In this document: positions 38,100 to 49,786 of the stretch, piece by piece
Position numbering within the stretch: position 1 is the first letter of the stretch
Layout: every line of letters begins with the position of its first letter
Source of the DNA: Chloroflexota bacterium
GTDB taxonomy: Bacteria; Chloroflexota; Anaerolineae; JAAEKA01
DNA length: 64,000 nucleotides
Direction of reading: 5' to 3'
NCBI GenBank assembly: GCA_029558955.1
Contig: JAKQCW010000129.1
Location: 104 to 64,103 of the forward strand
Translations under genes and position numbers: made by a program
The notes under the pieces: generated by a model
Databases searched by the model: none
What the model was told of the DNA's origin: nothing
Seen by the model: the letters and a program-made list of their open reading frames with translations, nothing else

Positions 38100-39497
38100 T
38101 CACCGGGGCAGACTGATGGTGAAGCGGCTGCCCTCGCCCGGCGGGCTCTCCAGCGTCAGCCGGCCGCCGTGCGCCAGGATCAGCTCATTGGCGATGGTCA
38201 GTCCCAGTCCCAGCCCTTGAGGGAAACGACGGTCGCGTTGGCTGCGGTAAAAGGGCTCGAACACCCGTTGCTGTTCTTCAGGTGCGATGCCCGGCCCATC
38301 GTCAGCCACGCGGATCCAGACCTCCTCCCCGGCCAGCCCGGCGCTGACGGCCACGCGGCCGCCGGCCGGCGTGTATTTGATCGCGTTGTCCACCAGGTTG
38401 CCCACCGCCTGGGCCAGCCGATCAGGGTCGATCTCCAGTACCGGCAAATGTTCGGGGGTGTCGATCTGCCAATCCAGCCCCTTCTCCAGCGCGGCAGCCT
38501 GCCAGGGGAGCAGCACGCTGGGCAGCCATTGGCTGAGGGCCGTCGGCCGGCGCAGCAACGTGACGCCGCCCGACACCTGGCCATGAAGCTGCGCCAGGTC
38601 ATCCAGCAGCGGCTGCATCCGTTCGATCTGCGCTTCGGCGCCGCTCAGCAGCTCCTCGCGAATCGCCCGATCGTCGCCGACCGGCCCGCGCAGCACGTGT
38701 ACGGCCGAGCGGATCGCGCCCAGCGGCCGGCCAATCTCATGCACCACGTTGGCCAGCGAGCGGCGCCGGCTCTCCTCCAACAGGCGCAGCCGCTCAGCCA
38801 GCGCGTTGGCCGCGCTCGCCAATTGGCGTATCTCCGCCGGGCCCTCCGCAGCCACCGCATCCATCGCCCGTCCTTCGGCCAGATCCACCACCGCGCCGGC
38901 CGCGGCGTTGATGGGCCGCGCCAGGCGACGGGCGGCCCACATGCCCAGCGCCACGCCCAGCAGAATCTCTGTCAACAGCGCGGCCAGAAAGACCATCCGC
39001 AGGCGTCCCAGCGCTGTGTTCATCCCTGCCAGCGTCCGCGCCACGCCGACCACGCCCATCACGCGGCCGGAGGCATCGCGCATCGGCACGAGAACGTCGG
39101 CCTGTTGCCCCTCCAGGCCATAGCTGACCAACACGCTGGTCTGGCCCTGGGTGGCGGCCGCGACGCTGGCCGGCGCCAGCAGGCGATTGACGCCTTCATC
39201 CAGCGCGCCGCCGGTGGCCAGCGGCCGGCCATCAGCGGACAAGAGCACGATCCGCCCGTCCGGCGCCAGGTCCAGCCCGGCCACGAAGGCCTGGGCCCGC
39301 GCGGGGTCGTCCAGCAGGGCTGGTTGACTGCGCACGGCTTGCGCCAGCAGGGTGGCCTGCTCGGTCGCGGCCTGCGCCAGGCTGGCCAACAGCACCTGGG
39401 TCTCGATCAGGATCAGCAGCGCCAGGGTGAACAGCGGCAGAACCACCACGAAAGGCAGGGTGTGGCTCAGGATGAGTTGGCTGCGTAGGGTTCGCAT
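38100..39497 (-). CDS. HAMP sensor histidine kinase
   Basis: Two TM segments; HEIGRPL, NLVDNAIKY, DDGPGI, FEPFYR, GLGLGL. Confidence 0.92.
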   Translation of the reverse strand: MRTLRSQLILSHTLPFVVVLPLFTLALLILIETQVLLASLAQAATEQATLLAQAVRSQPALLDDPARAQAFVAGLDLAPDGRIVLLSADGRPLATGGALDEGVNRLLAPASVAAATQGQTSVLVSYGLEGQQADVLVPMRDASGRVMGVVGVARTLAGMNTALGRLRMVFLAALLTEILLGVALGMWAARRLARPINAAAGAVVDLAEGRAMDAVAAEGPAEIRQLASAANALAERLRLLEESRRRSLANVVHEIGRPLGAIRSAVHVLRGPVGDDRAIREELLSGAEAQIERMQPLLDDLAQLHGQVSGGVTLLRRPTALSQWLPSVLLPWQAAALEKGLDWQIDTPEHLPVLEIDPDRLAQAVGNLVDNAIKYTPAGGRVAVSAGLAGEEVWIRVADDGPGIAPEEQQRVFEPFYRSQRDRRFPQGLGLGLTIANELILAHGGRLTLESPPGEGSRFTISLPR

Positions 39498-40201
39498 GGG
39501 GGCGTTTGGCCTTGCGGCGCCAGCTTGTAGCCGACGCCGCGCACGTTGACGATGCGCTGGGGATGGTTGGGGTCTTGCTCGATCTTCTCGCGCAGCCAGC
39601 GCACATGCACATAGACCGCCTGCGGCTCGCCGCTGAACTCGGCGCCCCAAACGCGGGCCAGAAGATCGTCGATGGAGAGCACTTTGCCGGCCTCCAGCGT
39701 CAGGGTGTGCAGCAGGCTGAACTCGCGCGCCGTCAGCTCCACCGGCCGGCCGGCGACGGTGACGGCGTGGGCGGCCGGGTTCACGACCAGGTCGCCCACC
39801 GTCAGCGTTGCCAGCTCGGCCCCGCCGGCCGGCTGAGCTGCGCCGCGCCGCAACACCGCCTTGACCCGCGCCAGCAGCACGTCGGGGTTGAAGGGCTTGG
39901 TCACATAGTCGTCCGCGCCCAGCTCCAGGCCGAGGATGGTGTCCAACTCGCGTCGCCGGGCGGAGACGAAGATCACCGGCGTGTCGGCGGCCTGTCTGAA
40001 CCGGCGCAGCGCCTCCAGGCCATCCATGCCAGGCAGGCCGATGTCCAACAGGATCAGATCGGGTGGATCGCGCCGCGCCAGGGCCAGCGCGTCTTCGGCG
40101 CGTTCTGCCGTGCTGGCGCGATAGCCGGCCTGCTCCAGTTGCAGGCCGGTGCTGCGGCGCATCAGCGCATCGTCGTCAACAATCAGGATGTGTGCGGGCA
40201 T
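39467..40201 (-). CDS. OmpR-family response regulator
   Basis: ILIVDDD, LLDIGLPGMDG, GADDYVTKPF, LREKIE, VRGVGYK. Confidence 0.94.
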   Translation of the reverse strand: MPAHILIVDDDALMRRSTGLQLEQAGYRASTAERAEDALALARRDPPDLILLDIGLPGMDGLEALRRFRQAADTPVIFVSARRRELDTILGLELGADDYVTKPFNPDVLLARVKAVLRRGAAQPAGGAELATLTVGDLVVNPAAHAVTVAGRPVELTAREFSLLHTLTLEAGKVLSIDDLLARVWGAEFSGEPQAVYVHVRWLREKIEQDPNHPQRIVNVRGVGYKLAPQGQTPPCEPYAANSS

Positions 40202-40242
40202 GATGGCCCATTCTACCACCGATTGCCTCCGCACGAAAGGGG

Positions 40243-41565
40243 CTACTGCGCCGCTTCCACCGCGCCCTGGCCCAGGCGTATCTTGGGCAGCGTGGCGAAC
40301 CATGCGCCGCCGGCCGAGGCCAGCCCGCGGATCGCTTCGGCGCCGTTGGCGGCCTGGCGACCGATGGCCGCGGCTGCCTCTTGCAGCGCCGTGGGCGAGC
40401 GCTGTGCGCTCGATTCATCCTCGATTTGAGCCGCGTCGGCCTGGGCGCGGCCCGGTGTCAGGGCGTCGCCGATGGCCGCCACGGCGCTGCGCGCCTCCAG
40501 CCGGACGCTGGCATCGGCGTCGATGTGGGCCACGGGAACCGTCACCTGGCCGCGCGCCTGCACGAAGGCGTCCAACAGGTTGCCGCGCAGGGGAATGAAC
40601 AGGCTGAACTGCAGGCTGCTGTCCAGCAGTTTGTCCGGCTCGATGCTGGAGCGCACGACGCCATCCAGCAGAACGCCATCGGCGCTGAGGGTCACCAGAC
40701 CCTGGACGGCCAGCGGCTTGGCCTGGATGCCCAGCCATTGGCTCAGCGCGCCGGCCTCCACCGACCACGCGCCGCCCAGCTTCAGGTAATCGTCCACTTC
40801 TTTGCCGGCCAGGCCGGCCACGGTCAACTGGCCGCGCTGGCGCGCCAGCAGGCTGTCGGGCAGCAGGGCCAGGGCATCGGGCAGCTCTTGCAGCGGCCCA
40901 GCCAGCAGCAGCTCGCCGGCCGGGTTGACGTTGACGTTGCCGGCCAGATAGACCAGCGGCTCTTCGGTGTCGATGATCAGGCTGAGCTTCTGCCCGGCCG
41001 GGGCCGAGAAACTGAGCGCATCGTCAGCTTCGGCGCCCTGAACGGTCATCTCCAGGCCAGAGGAGATGTCGAAGAAGAGGTAGCGGTGTTCCGGGTCCAG
41101 CGACGCGGCCAGGTTGCCCAGGTTTTTGCCCAGGTCCAGGCCTACCGCGGCTCTGGCGGGCTGGATGAGGCTCTGGTCGCCCAGGGCGGCGAAGCTGGGG
41201 AGGGGAAGTTGGGCCGTGCCGTGCAGGCGCTGGATGCGGCTGCCCTCGCCCATCTCCACGTCCAACTGCGCCTTGGGCAGCACGATCTCGCCGATGGGCA
41301 GGGTCAGGGAGAGGTCGTCGTCGATGGACAGGTGAGTCCCGGCCGGCAGCGCGTCGGGCTGGCTCTGCAAGGCGGCGATGCCCAGGGTAGCGCCCAGTCG
41401 GGCCAAGGGGGACGCGCCTTTCAGGCCGACCTCGGCTGTGCATGCGCCCTCCTCGCATTCGATGCTGATGGGGGTGTTGGGTGCGCCGGCGTCGGCCGAT
41501 GCGTGGCTGACCGTGGCGCCGAAGAGCAGGGTGATGATAATCAGTGCGGGAATGAGTTTGTGCAT
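40243..41565 (-). CDS. Secreted hypothetical beta-rich protein
   Basis: Signal peptide MHKLIPALIIITLLFGATVSHASA; AAGGAG SD; CEEGAC near the N-terminus. Confidence 0.75.
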   Translation of the reverse strand: MHKLIPALIIITLLFGATVSHASADAGAPNTPISIECEEGACTAEVGLKGASPLARLGATLGIAALQSQPDALPAGTHLSIDDDLSLTLPIGEIVLPKAQLDVEMGEGSRIQRLHGTAQLPLPSFAALGDQSLIQPARAAVGLDLGKNLGNLAASLDPEHRYLFFDISSGLEMTVQGAEADDALSFSAPAGQKLSLIIDTEEPLVYLAGNVNVNPAGELLLAGPLQELPDALALLPDSLLARQRGQLTVAGLAGKEVDDYLKLGGAWSVEAGALSQWLGIQAKPLAVQGLVTLSADGVLLDGVVRSSIEPDKLLDSSLQFSLFIPLRGNLLDAFVQARGQVTVPVAHIDADASVRLEARSAVAAIGDALTPGRAQADAAQIEDESSAQRSPTALQEAAAAIGRQAANGAEAIRGLASAGGAWFATLPKIRLGQGAVEAAQ

Positions 41566-41618
41566 GGGTGGATGATCTCCTTGGGCCAGGTGTGGCCGTT
41601 GCTGTGCCGTCAGCATAC

Positions 41619-41684
41619 ATCTTAACAGCCTGCGGCCTATGGGTCTTTAAGCGCGGCTGTGGGTTGTCTTAAGGGAGTCTTAAG
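41619..41684 (-). promoter_or_regulatory. OmpR-type direct-repeat box and extended -10
   Basis: CTTAAGAC repeated with 11-bp period (41666, 41677); TG-T-TAAGAT at 41627-41619. Confidence 0.55.
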
Positions 41685-41699
41685 CGCCTGTCCACAGCG

Positions 41700-41914
41700 A
41701 CCTTGGCGCTCCGGCCGGTCTCTCTGGCTGCGGCGCTGGTTGGCTGCCGACTGGGCCAGCCTGCTCAGTTTGGTGAGTGCTGAGGTGTTGACCAGCGAAC
41801 TGGTTGATCGCATCGTGAGCGTGTTCGCCACTTTTCCCACCTGGGGCTACGAGCGGGTCTACCACCATTTGCGCCAACAGGGTGTGACGATCACCCCAAA
41901 GGTCTTGGCAGTGC
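41700..41914 (+). mobile_element. Transposase remnant with a possible IS end
   Basis: Startless frame LTSELVDRIVSVFATFPTWGYERVYHHLRQQGVTI resembles an IS transposase HTH; tract ends in TTGGCAGTGC. Confidence 0.5.
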
Positions 41915-41933
41915 ATCTGTTCGGATGTATAAT
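41905..41933 (+). promoter_or_regulatory. Promoter for yitJ
   Basis: TTGGCA-17-TATAAT, 11 nt upstream of ATG 41945. Confidence 0.7.
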
Positions 41934-41944
41934 CGTTGTCGACC

Positions 41945-43795
<1,851 letters not shown>

Positions 43796-43938
43796 GATCG
43801 CGACCATCGACGCCGGGCGCTGGATTCCACCTGTGCGCTGATGGCTGCATGGTCACGCCAAGCACATGATCGAGTGAAAGCGCCCGGCGCCTGAACAGCA
43901 ACGCCCCAAGCGCCCAGCTCCTTTCGGACAGAGACAAG

Positions 43939-44997
43939 ATGCCTTCGATGCCAGAAACCCCCGCCATTGTTACCGAAAATCTCGGCCGCATCTACAAGAT
44001 TCGCGGCCCCAAACGCAAAGATGACCCCAAGGAAGTGATCGCGCTGGAGGGGGTGAACCTCTCTATCCCGCGCGGCCAGGTGTTTGGCCTGTTGGGCCCC
44101 AACGGCGCCGGCAAGACGACCTTGATCAAGATTCTGACCACGCTGCTGCTGCCCAGCAGCGGCCGCGCCCTGGTCGATGGGCTGGATGTGGCCGTCCACA
44201 CCCAGGAGATCCGCCGCCGCATTGCCATGGTCAGCGGCGGCGAGACCAGCGGCTACGGCCTGTTGACGGTCGAAGAGAACCTGTGGATGTTCGCCCGCTT
44301 CTATGGCCTGGACAGCAAGGTGGCTCGCCAACGCATCGACGAGATGATCCATGTGGTGGGGCTGGACGAAAAGCGCCGCACCAAGATCTCCGACCTCTCC
44401 ACCGGCCTGCGCCAGAAGATGAACTTCATCCGCGGCTTCGTCAGCGACCCGGACGTGGTCTTCCTGGACGAGCCAACGCTGGGGCTGGACGTGGCCGCGG
44501 CGCGCCAGGTGCGGGACTACGTGCTGACCTGGATGCGCCAGCATCCCGACCGGACCCTGCTGCTGACCACCCACTACATGGCTGAGGCGGATGAGATGTG
44601 CGACCGGCTGGGCATCATCGACAAAGGCAAGCTGCTGGCGTTGGACACGCCGTCCAACCTCAAGCGCCGGCTGGCTAAGGAGACGGTCTACAGCCTCAAG
44701 GTGGCCCCGCTGGGCAACCGGCCGGTGGACAGGGCCGACATGATCGAGGGGGTGTCGGGGGTGCGTCAGGCCACCGTTGTCGAGCAGGATGGGCTGACGG
44801 AGCTGAACCTGATCCTGGACGAAGACGATGCGCTCTCCGGCGTGCTGGATCACCTGCACCGCCGCGGCTCCGCCCTGCTGGCGCTGGAAAAGCGCGTGCC
44901 CACCCTGGAAGATGTGTTCGTCGACCTGGTCGGCCGCGGGCTGGATGTGGACACCTCGCAGCGCGCCGACGACCAGGCAGCAGAAGGGAGCGCATGA
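43939..44997 (+). CDS. ABC transporter ATP-binding protein
   Basis: GPNGAGKT, LSTGLRQK, FLDEPTLGLD, TTHYM. Confidence 0.93.
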   Translation: MPSMPETPAIVTENLGRIYKIRGPKRKDDPKEVIALEGVNLSIPRGQVFGLLGPNGAGKTTLIKILTTLLLPSSGRALVDGLDVAVHTQEIRRRIAMVSGGETSGYGLLTVEENLWMFARFYGLDSKVARQRIDEMIHVVGLDEKRRTKISDLSTGLRQKMNFIRGFVSDPDVVFLDEPTLGLDVAAARQVRDYVLTWMRQHPDRTLLLTTHYMAEADEMCDRLGIIDKGKLLALDTPSNLKRRLAKETVYSLKVAPLGNRPVDRADMIEGVSGVRQATVVEQDGLTELNLILDEDDALSGVLDHLHRRGSALLALEKRVPTLEDVFVDLVGRGLDVDTSQRADDQAAEGSA

Positions 44998-45004
44998 CTG
45001 ATCC

Positions 45005-45847
45005 ATGTTTGACCAGACACGCGTAACGAAAGCCACCGGTCTTTTTCTCTTCTGGGCCACCATGTGGGCGCGGGCCTACCCGCGCATGGTGGGCGCCCTG
45101 CGCGAGCGCAGTTGGATGTTCTTCGAGACGTTGTTGCCGGTGCTGGCCGTCTCTGGCTACGTATTTCTCTATCGTGCGATCAACGCACCCCCCGAGTACA
45201 CCGGCTTTGCTGTGCTGGGCGGCGCGATGACCGCGTTCTGGCTCAACGTGCTGTGGAGCATGGCCAGCCAGCTCTACTGGGACAAGGATCAGGGCAACCT
45301 GGAGATGTACGTGGTGGCGCCCGGCCCGCTGATGGCCGTGCTGCTGGGAATGGCTGTGGGTGGACTGCTGATGACCACCACCCGCGCCACGGTGATCATC
45401 GTGGTCTGTTCGCTGCTCTTCGGCGTGACCTACCAGATCACCGATCCCCTGCTGCTGGCGGCTGTGTTCATCGTCACCATGGCCGCGCTCTACGGCATGG
45501 GCATGTTGTTCGCCTCCGTCTTTCTGATCGCCGGTCGTGAGGCCTGGCATCTTTCCAACCTGCTCCAGGAGCCGATCTACCTGGCTTCCGGCTTCTATTT
45601 TCCCGTCAAGGCGCTGGGCTTCTGGGTCGCGACCTTCGCCTCGATCATCCCGCTGACCCTGGGATTGGACGCGATGCGCCAGTTGATCTTCAGCGGCGAC
45701 CCCACGATCGGCTTTTTGCCAGCGACTGTCGAACTGGCCATTCTGCTGGTGTTGGCGGTGGTCTTCATCGCCGCGGCCTATTTCGCCCTCTCCAAGCTGG
45801 AGCAGGTGGGCCGCCAGCAGGGCCGGCTGGTCGAAAGGCGACGCTGA
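45005..45847 (+). CDS. ABC-2 type permease
   Basis: Multi-TM; DKDQGNLE, SGFYFPV, PLTLGLDAMR. Confidence 0.88.
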   Translation: MFDQTRVTKATGLFLFWATMWARAYPRMVGALRERSWMFFETLLPVLAVSGYVFLYRAINAPPEYTGFAVLGGAMTAFWLNVLWSMASQLYWDKDQGNLEMYVVAPGPLMAVLLGMAVGGLLMTTTRATVIIVVCSLLFGVTYQITDPLLLAAVFIVTMAALYGMGMLFASVFLIAGREAWHLSNLLQEPIYLASGFYFPVKALGFWVATFASIIPLTLGLDAMRQLIFSGDPTIGFLPATVELAILLVLAVVFIAAAYFALSKLEQVGRQQGRLVERRR

Positions 45848-45859
45848 GCGGTTCCAACC

Positions 45860-46750
45860 ATGACCATATCGCAACGAATTCTTGACCTGCCCCTGGTGCG
45901 CCGCAGCGATGCCCTACGCACCTTTGTCGTGGCCACCTGGCTGGGCTGGCAGATCGAATCCAACTGGGCCGATCCCTTCCTCTTTGCCGTCTATTCCATC
46001 GTGCGGCCGCTGGCCGGCGTGCTGATCCTGGTGGTGATGTACGCGGTGATCACGGCCAGCGCCTTCGAGGACCCGACCTTCGCCTACATCTATGTGGGCA
46101 ACGCGCTTTACATCCTGGTGGGCATGGTCATCACCGGCGTGAGCTGGGCCATCATCGACGACCGTGAGCATTACCGGGTGGCCAAGAACATCTTCACGGC
46201 GCCGCTGAACGGCTACACCTATCTGTTCGGTCGCGGCGTGGCCCGGCTGATCATCGGGTCCGTGTCGGTGTTGATCACGCTGGGCTTCGGCATCTTCTTC
46301 TTCGGTCTGCCGATCCGCCTGAGCGCCATCGACTGGCCCTTGCTGCTGGTGAGCAGTGTGCTGGGGCTGACAGCGCTCGCCTGCCTGGGGCTGATCATGG
46401 GCGCGTGGACCTTGACCATGGCCCGCCACTTCTGGTCGGTGGGCGACGCCGTGGCCGGCGCCATGTACCTGTTCAGCGGCGCCATCTTCCCCCTGAGCGT
46501 CCTGCCCGTCTGGCTGCGCTGGATCGGTTTCCTGCTGCCGGTGACTTACTGGCTGGAGGCCATGCGGCGCGCCTTGCTGGGGGACGAGGTGGCCAGCTTC
46601 GACACCCTGGCCTTCCTCTCCAACCAGGCGCTGGTGGCTATTCTGGCCGGTTTCGCCGTGGTGCTCTTCGTCGTCTCGGCCTACTTCTACCGTTGGGCGC
46701 TGCACACATCGAAGGAGAAGGGGCTGTTGGACATGGAGTCGGGGTACTGA
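45860..46750 (+). CDS. ABC-2 type permease
   Basis: Multi-TM; SGAIFPL..LP, LPVTYWLEAMR. Confidence 0.88.
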   Translation: MTISQRILDLPLVRRSDALRTFVVATWLGWQIESNWADPFLFAVYSIVRPLAGVLILVVMYAVITASAFEDPTFAYIYVGNALYILVGMVITGVSWAIIDDREHYRVAKNIFTAPLNGYTYLFGRGVARLIIGSVSVLITLGFGIFFFGLPIRLSAIDWPLLLVSSVLGLTALACLGLIMGAWTLTMARHFWSVGDAVAGAMYLFSGAIFPLSVLPVWLRWIGFLLPVTYWLEAMRRALLGDEVASFDTLAFLSNQALVAILAGFAVVLFVVSAYFYRWALHTSKEKGLLDMESGY

Positions 46751-46779
46751 GGCTGGCCGCTTTCCCGGCCGCGCCAGCC

Positions 46780-47802
46780 TCAGCCGTTGACCTCGCGTCC
46801 GGCATACTGCTGCTGATAGTAGGCCCGATAGTGTTCGCCGCTCTTGATCTTGCGCCACCACCATTCGTTTTGAGCATACCAGCGCACGGTTAGCTCGATG
46901 GCCTCGGCGCAGGTGTGGCGGCTCTGCCAGCCCAGCGCGCGCAGCTTGCTCACATCCAGCGCGTAGCGGCGGTCGTGGCCCGGCCGGTCGGTGATGGGCT
47001 GGATCAGGCTGTGCGGCTTGCCCAGCGTGTCCAGGATCAGGTGCGCCATGTCGATGTTGTGCATCTCGCTGCCCGTGCCCACGTTGTAGATCTCGCCCAG
47101 TTGACCGTGATGCAGCACCGCGTCGATCCCCTCGCAGTGATCCAGCACATACTGGTAGTCGCGCATCTGTTTGCCGTCGCCGTAGATGGGCAGCGGCCTG
47201 TCGTCCATGGCGTTGGTGGCGAAAAGGGGCACCACTTTCTCCGGGTACTGGTAGGGGCCGACGTTGTTGGAGCCGCGCGTGATGGTCACCGGGGTGCCGA
47301 AGCTGGTGTAATAGGCCAGACACATCAGGTCGCCGCCGGCCTTGCTGGCTGAGTAGGGACTGCGGGTGTGCAGGCGGTCCTCCTCGGTGGAGCGCCCCGT
47401 CAGCACCTGGCCGTAGACTTCGTCGGTGCCGATCTGATGATAGCGCTCGATGCCGCGGCTGCGCGCCGCCTCCAGCAGCACATAGGTGCCCGTGACATCG
47501 GTTTTGAGGAACTCATCCGGCTCCATCAGCGAACGATCGACATGGGTTGCAGCTGCGAAGTTGACGATGGTGTCGATCTGATACTCGTCCAACGCCCGAT
47601 CGACCGCGGCTGCGTCGCAGATGTCGCCCTTGACGAAGGCGTAGCGCGGATCATCGTGCACGTCCAACAGGTTGTCCAGGTTGCCGGCATAGGTCAGCTT
47701 GTCATAGACCAGCACGTGATAGTCGGGGTACTTGTCCAGCAGATAGCGCACGAAGTTGGAACCGATGAAGCCGGCGCCGCCGGTGATCATGAAGTTACGC
47801 AT
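46780..47802 (-). CDS. rfbB: dTDP-glucose 4,6-dehydratase
   Basis: TGGAGFIGSN, DKLTYAGN, HVDRS, TDEVYG, YSASKA, DRPGHDRRY. Confidence 0.95.
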   Translation of the reverse strand: MRNFMITGGAGFIGSNFVRYLLDKYPDYHVLVYDKLTYAGNLDNLLDVHDDPRYAFVKGDICDAAAVDRALDEYQIDTIVNFAAATHVDRSLMEPDEFLKTDVTGTYVLLEAARSRGIERYHQIGTDEVYGQVLTGRSTEEDRLHTRSPYSASKAGGDLMCLAYYTSFGTPVTITRGSNNVGPYQYPEKVVPLFATNAMDDRPLPIYGDGKQMRDYQYVLDHCEGIDAVLHHGQLGEIYNVGTGSEMHNIDMAHLILDTLGKPHSLIQPITDRPGHDRRYALDVSKLRALGWQSRHTCAEAIELTVRWYAQNEWWWRKIKSGEHYRAYYQQQYAGREVNG

Positions 47803-47937
47803 GAAAAACAACCTTCCTGTTGTGTCAGGTGTGCCGGGGACTGGCAATCCCCGGTTGAACCCGCAAGCCCTGAGGGGCTTTCGTGGTTTCAGCCGGTGAA
47901 TCGAATTCACCGGGCATGGTCACACGGTGAACTCGAT

Positions 47938-48672
47938 TCACCGGGACGCAGCCGCAAAGTCCATCCACACAGCGCCGCCGGCTGGCCGCGTCTCCGGCGC
48001 GGGGAAGATCACGTCCAGCGTCAGGGTAGGCATGGCGCGCGGCGGGCGTTGCAATGCGGTCGGCAGGCCGGGCGCCAGGCCCGCGGCAGGCCGGGGCCGG
48101 TGCTGAATCCGTTCCTCCAGCCCGCCCAGCGCGCTCACCACCTCAAGGTTGCCGGCCAGCAGGTCCAGCGTCCCTTGAATCACGCCGGTAGCCTCGTCCC
48201 ACAGGCGGGCCAGCGTCGGGGCGGCCTCGTCGTGCAGATGGGAGCGAAACGCGTCGCTGGCGTCATCGCTGGCGCCGGCATGATAGGCTGGCAAGAACGC
48301 CTCAACCCAGTTGCGCTCGGCCGCGCGGAAGGCCGGCGCCAACAGATCGGCATAGAGCCGCACCCGCACGATCTGCCCGATCTCTTCGACGCGGCTGAGG
48401 CTGGCCAGGTGGCAGGGGTAGAGGTCGAAATAGGCGCTCGAATCGAAGAGCGGCCAGGCGGGGTAGGCATGTTTGAGCCGCGCCAGCTTCTGGGCCAGCT
48501 CGGCCACAGCCCTGGCCACCTGTTCAACCTGGGCGGATTCCGTCGCTGTCTCCTCAACGCGGTATGCAGGGGGGAGCGGCTCCAGATCCAGGCGCGCGGC
48601 ATCCGATCGCACAGTCCAGGCGTGCTGGCTTTGCAGGATGCCAGCGGCCAGGGCAGGCAGCGAGCGTGGCAA
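47938..48672 (-). CDS. Hypothetical protein
   Basis: 244-aa ORF abutting the rfbA stop, co-oriented; no motif recognised. Confidence 0.6.
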   Translation of the reverse strand: MPRSLPALAAGILQSQHAWTVRSDAARLDLEPLPPAYRVEETATESAQVEQVARAVAELAQKLARLKHAYPAWPLFDSSAYFDLYPCHLASLSRVEEIGQIVRVRLYADLLAPAFRAAERNWVEAFLPAYHAGASDDASDAFRSHLHDEAAPTLARLWDEATGVIQGTLDLLAGNLEVVSALGGLEERIQHRPRPAAGLAPGLPTALQRPPRAMPTLTLDVIFPAPETRPAGGAVWMDFAAASR

Positions 48673-49746
48673 CTAGAGAATCCCCACCTTGCTGTGATCG
48701 CCCAGCGTCAGTTTGTAGGCCTTGGGCTTGTAGGGCGAGCGGGTCAGCTCCACCTGGCGGCCGATCAAGCTGTCGGCCACGCGCACCGGAATGTCCACGA
48801 TCTGCGAGTGCTCCAGCACGATGCAGTGCTCGATCTCGCTGTCCTCCACCAGACAGTGGTGGTAGATCGACGTGAAGGGGCCCACGTAGGAGTTGACGAC
48901 GCGCGTCCCCTCGCCGATGATGGCCGGGCCGCGCACCACGCTGTTGATGATCTCGGCGCCGGTCTCCACGGTGACATTGTCGCTGACGCGCGAGTCCTTG
49001 TCCACGAAGCCCTTGATCTCGTGGCGCAGCTCCTCCAGCACCTTGTCGTTGGCCGCCAGCATGTCGATGGGCGCGCCGGTGTCGATCCACCAGCCGCGAT
49101 GTACGTAGGGATGGACCGCGTAGCCGTTGTCCACCAGCCACTGGATGGCGTCGGTGATCTCCAGCTCGCCGCGCCAGGAAGGCTTGATGGCATGGACCGC
49201 GTCGAAAACATGGCGATCGAACATGTAGATGCCCACCAGGGCCAGGTCGCTGGGCGGCTCCTTGGGCTTCTCGACCAGGCGCACGATGGAGCCGTCGTCG
49301 GCCACCTCAGCCACGCCATATTGCTCCGGCTTGTCGACCCGCGTCAGCACGATCTGGCTGTTCCAGGCGCTGTGCTCGAACTGGCGGATCAGCGGGCTGA
49401 TGCCGCCCTGGATCACGTTGTCCCCCAGGAACATGACAAAGCGATCCTCGCCCAGGAAGTTCTGGCTGATCTTGACGGCATGGGCCAGGCCCAGCGGCGC
49501 GTCCTGGGGGATGAACGTCACCTCGACGCCCCAGCGGCCGCCTCGACCGACCGCCTCGCGCACCTGGCGGGCGTTGTCGTCCACCCCCACCACGATGCCG
49601 ATCTCGCTGATGCCAGCATCACGAATCGCCTCGATCACCCGAAACAGCACCGGTTTATTGGCCACCGGCACCAACTGCTTGGCGCTGGTATAGGTCAACG
49701 GATACAGCCGTGACCCCTTGCCGCCGCTCAAGATGAGACCTTTCAT
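48673..49746 (-). CDS. rfbA: Glucose-1-phosphate thymidylyltransferase (long form)
   Basis: MKGLILSGGKGSRLYPLT..AKQLVPVANKP, LGLAHA, LGDN, EKP, RGELEITD. Confidence 0.95.
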   Translation of the reverse strand: MKGLILSGGKGSRLYPLTYTSAKQLVPVANKPVLFRVIEAIRDAGISEIGIVVGVDDNARQVREAVGRGGRWGVEVTFIPQDAPLGLAHAVKISQNFLGEDRFVMFLGDNVIQGGISPLIRQFEHSAWNSQIVLTRVDKPEQYGVAEVADDGSIVRLVEKPKEPPSDLALVGIYMFDRHVFDAVHAIKPSWRGELEITDAIQWLVDNGYAVHPYVHRGWWIDTGAPIDMLAANDKVLEELRHEIKGFVDKDSRVSDNVTVETGAEIINSVVRGPAIIGEGTRVVNSYVGPFTSIYHHCLVEDSEIEHCIVLEHSQIVDIPVRVADSLIGRQVELTRSPYKPKAYKLTLGDHSKVGIL

Positions 49747-49786
49747 GGGTTTTTGTCTTCCTTTGTGTTTTGTCTGGTTGATTCGT

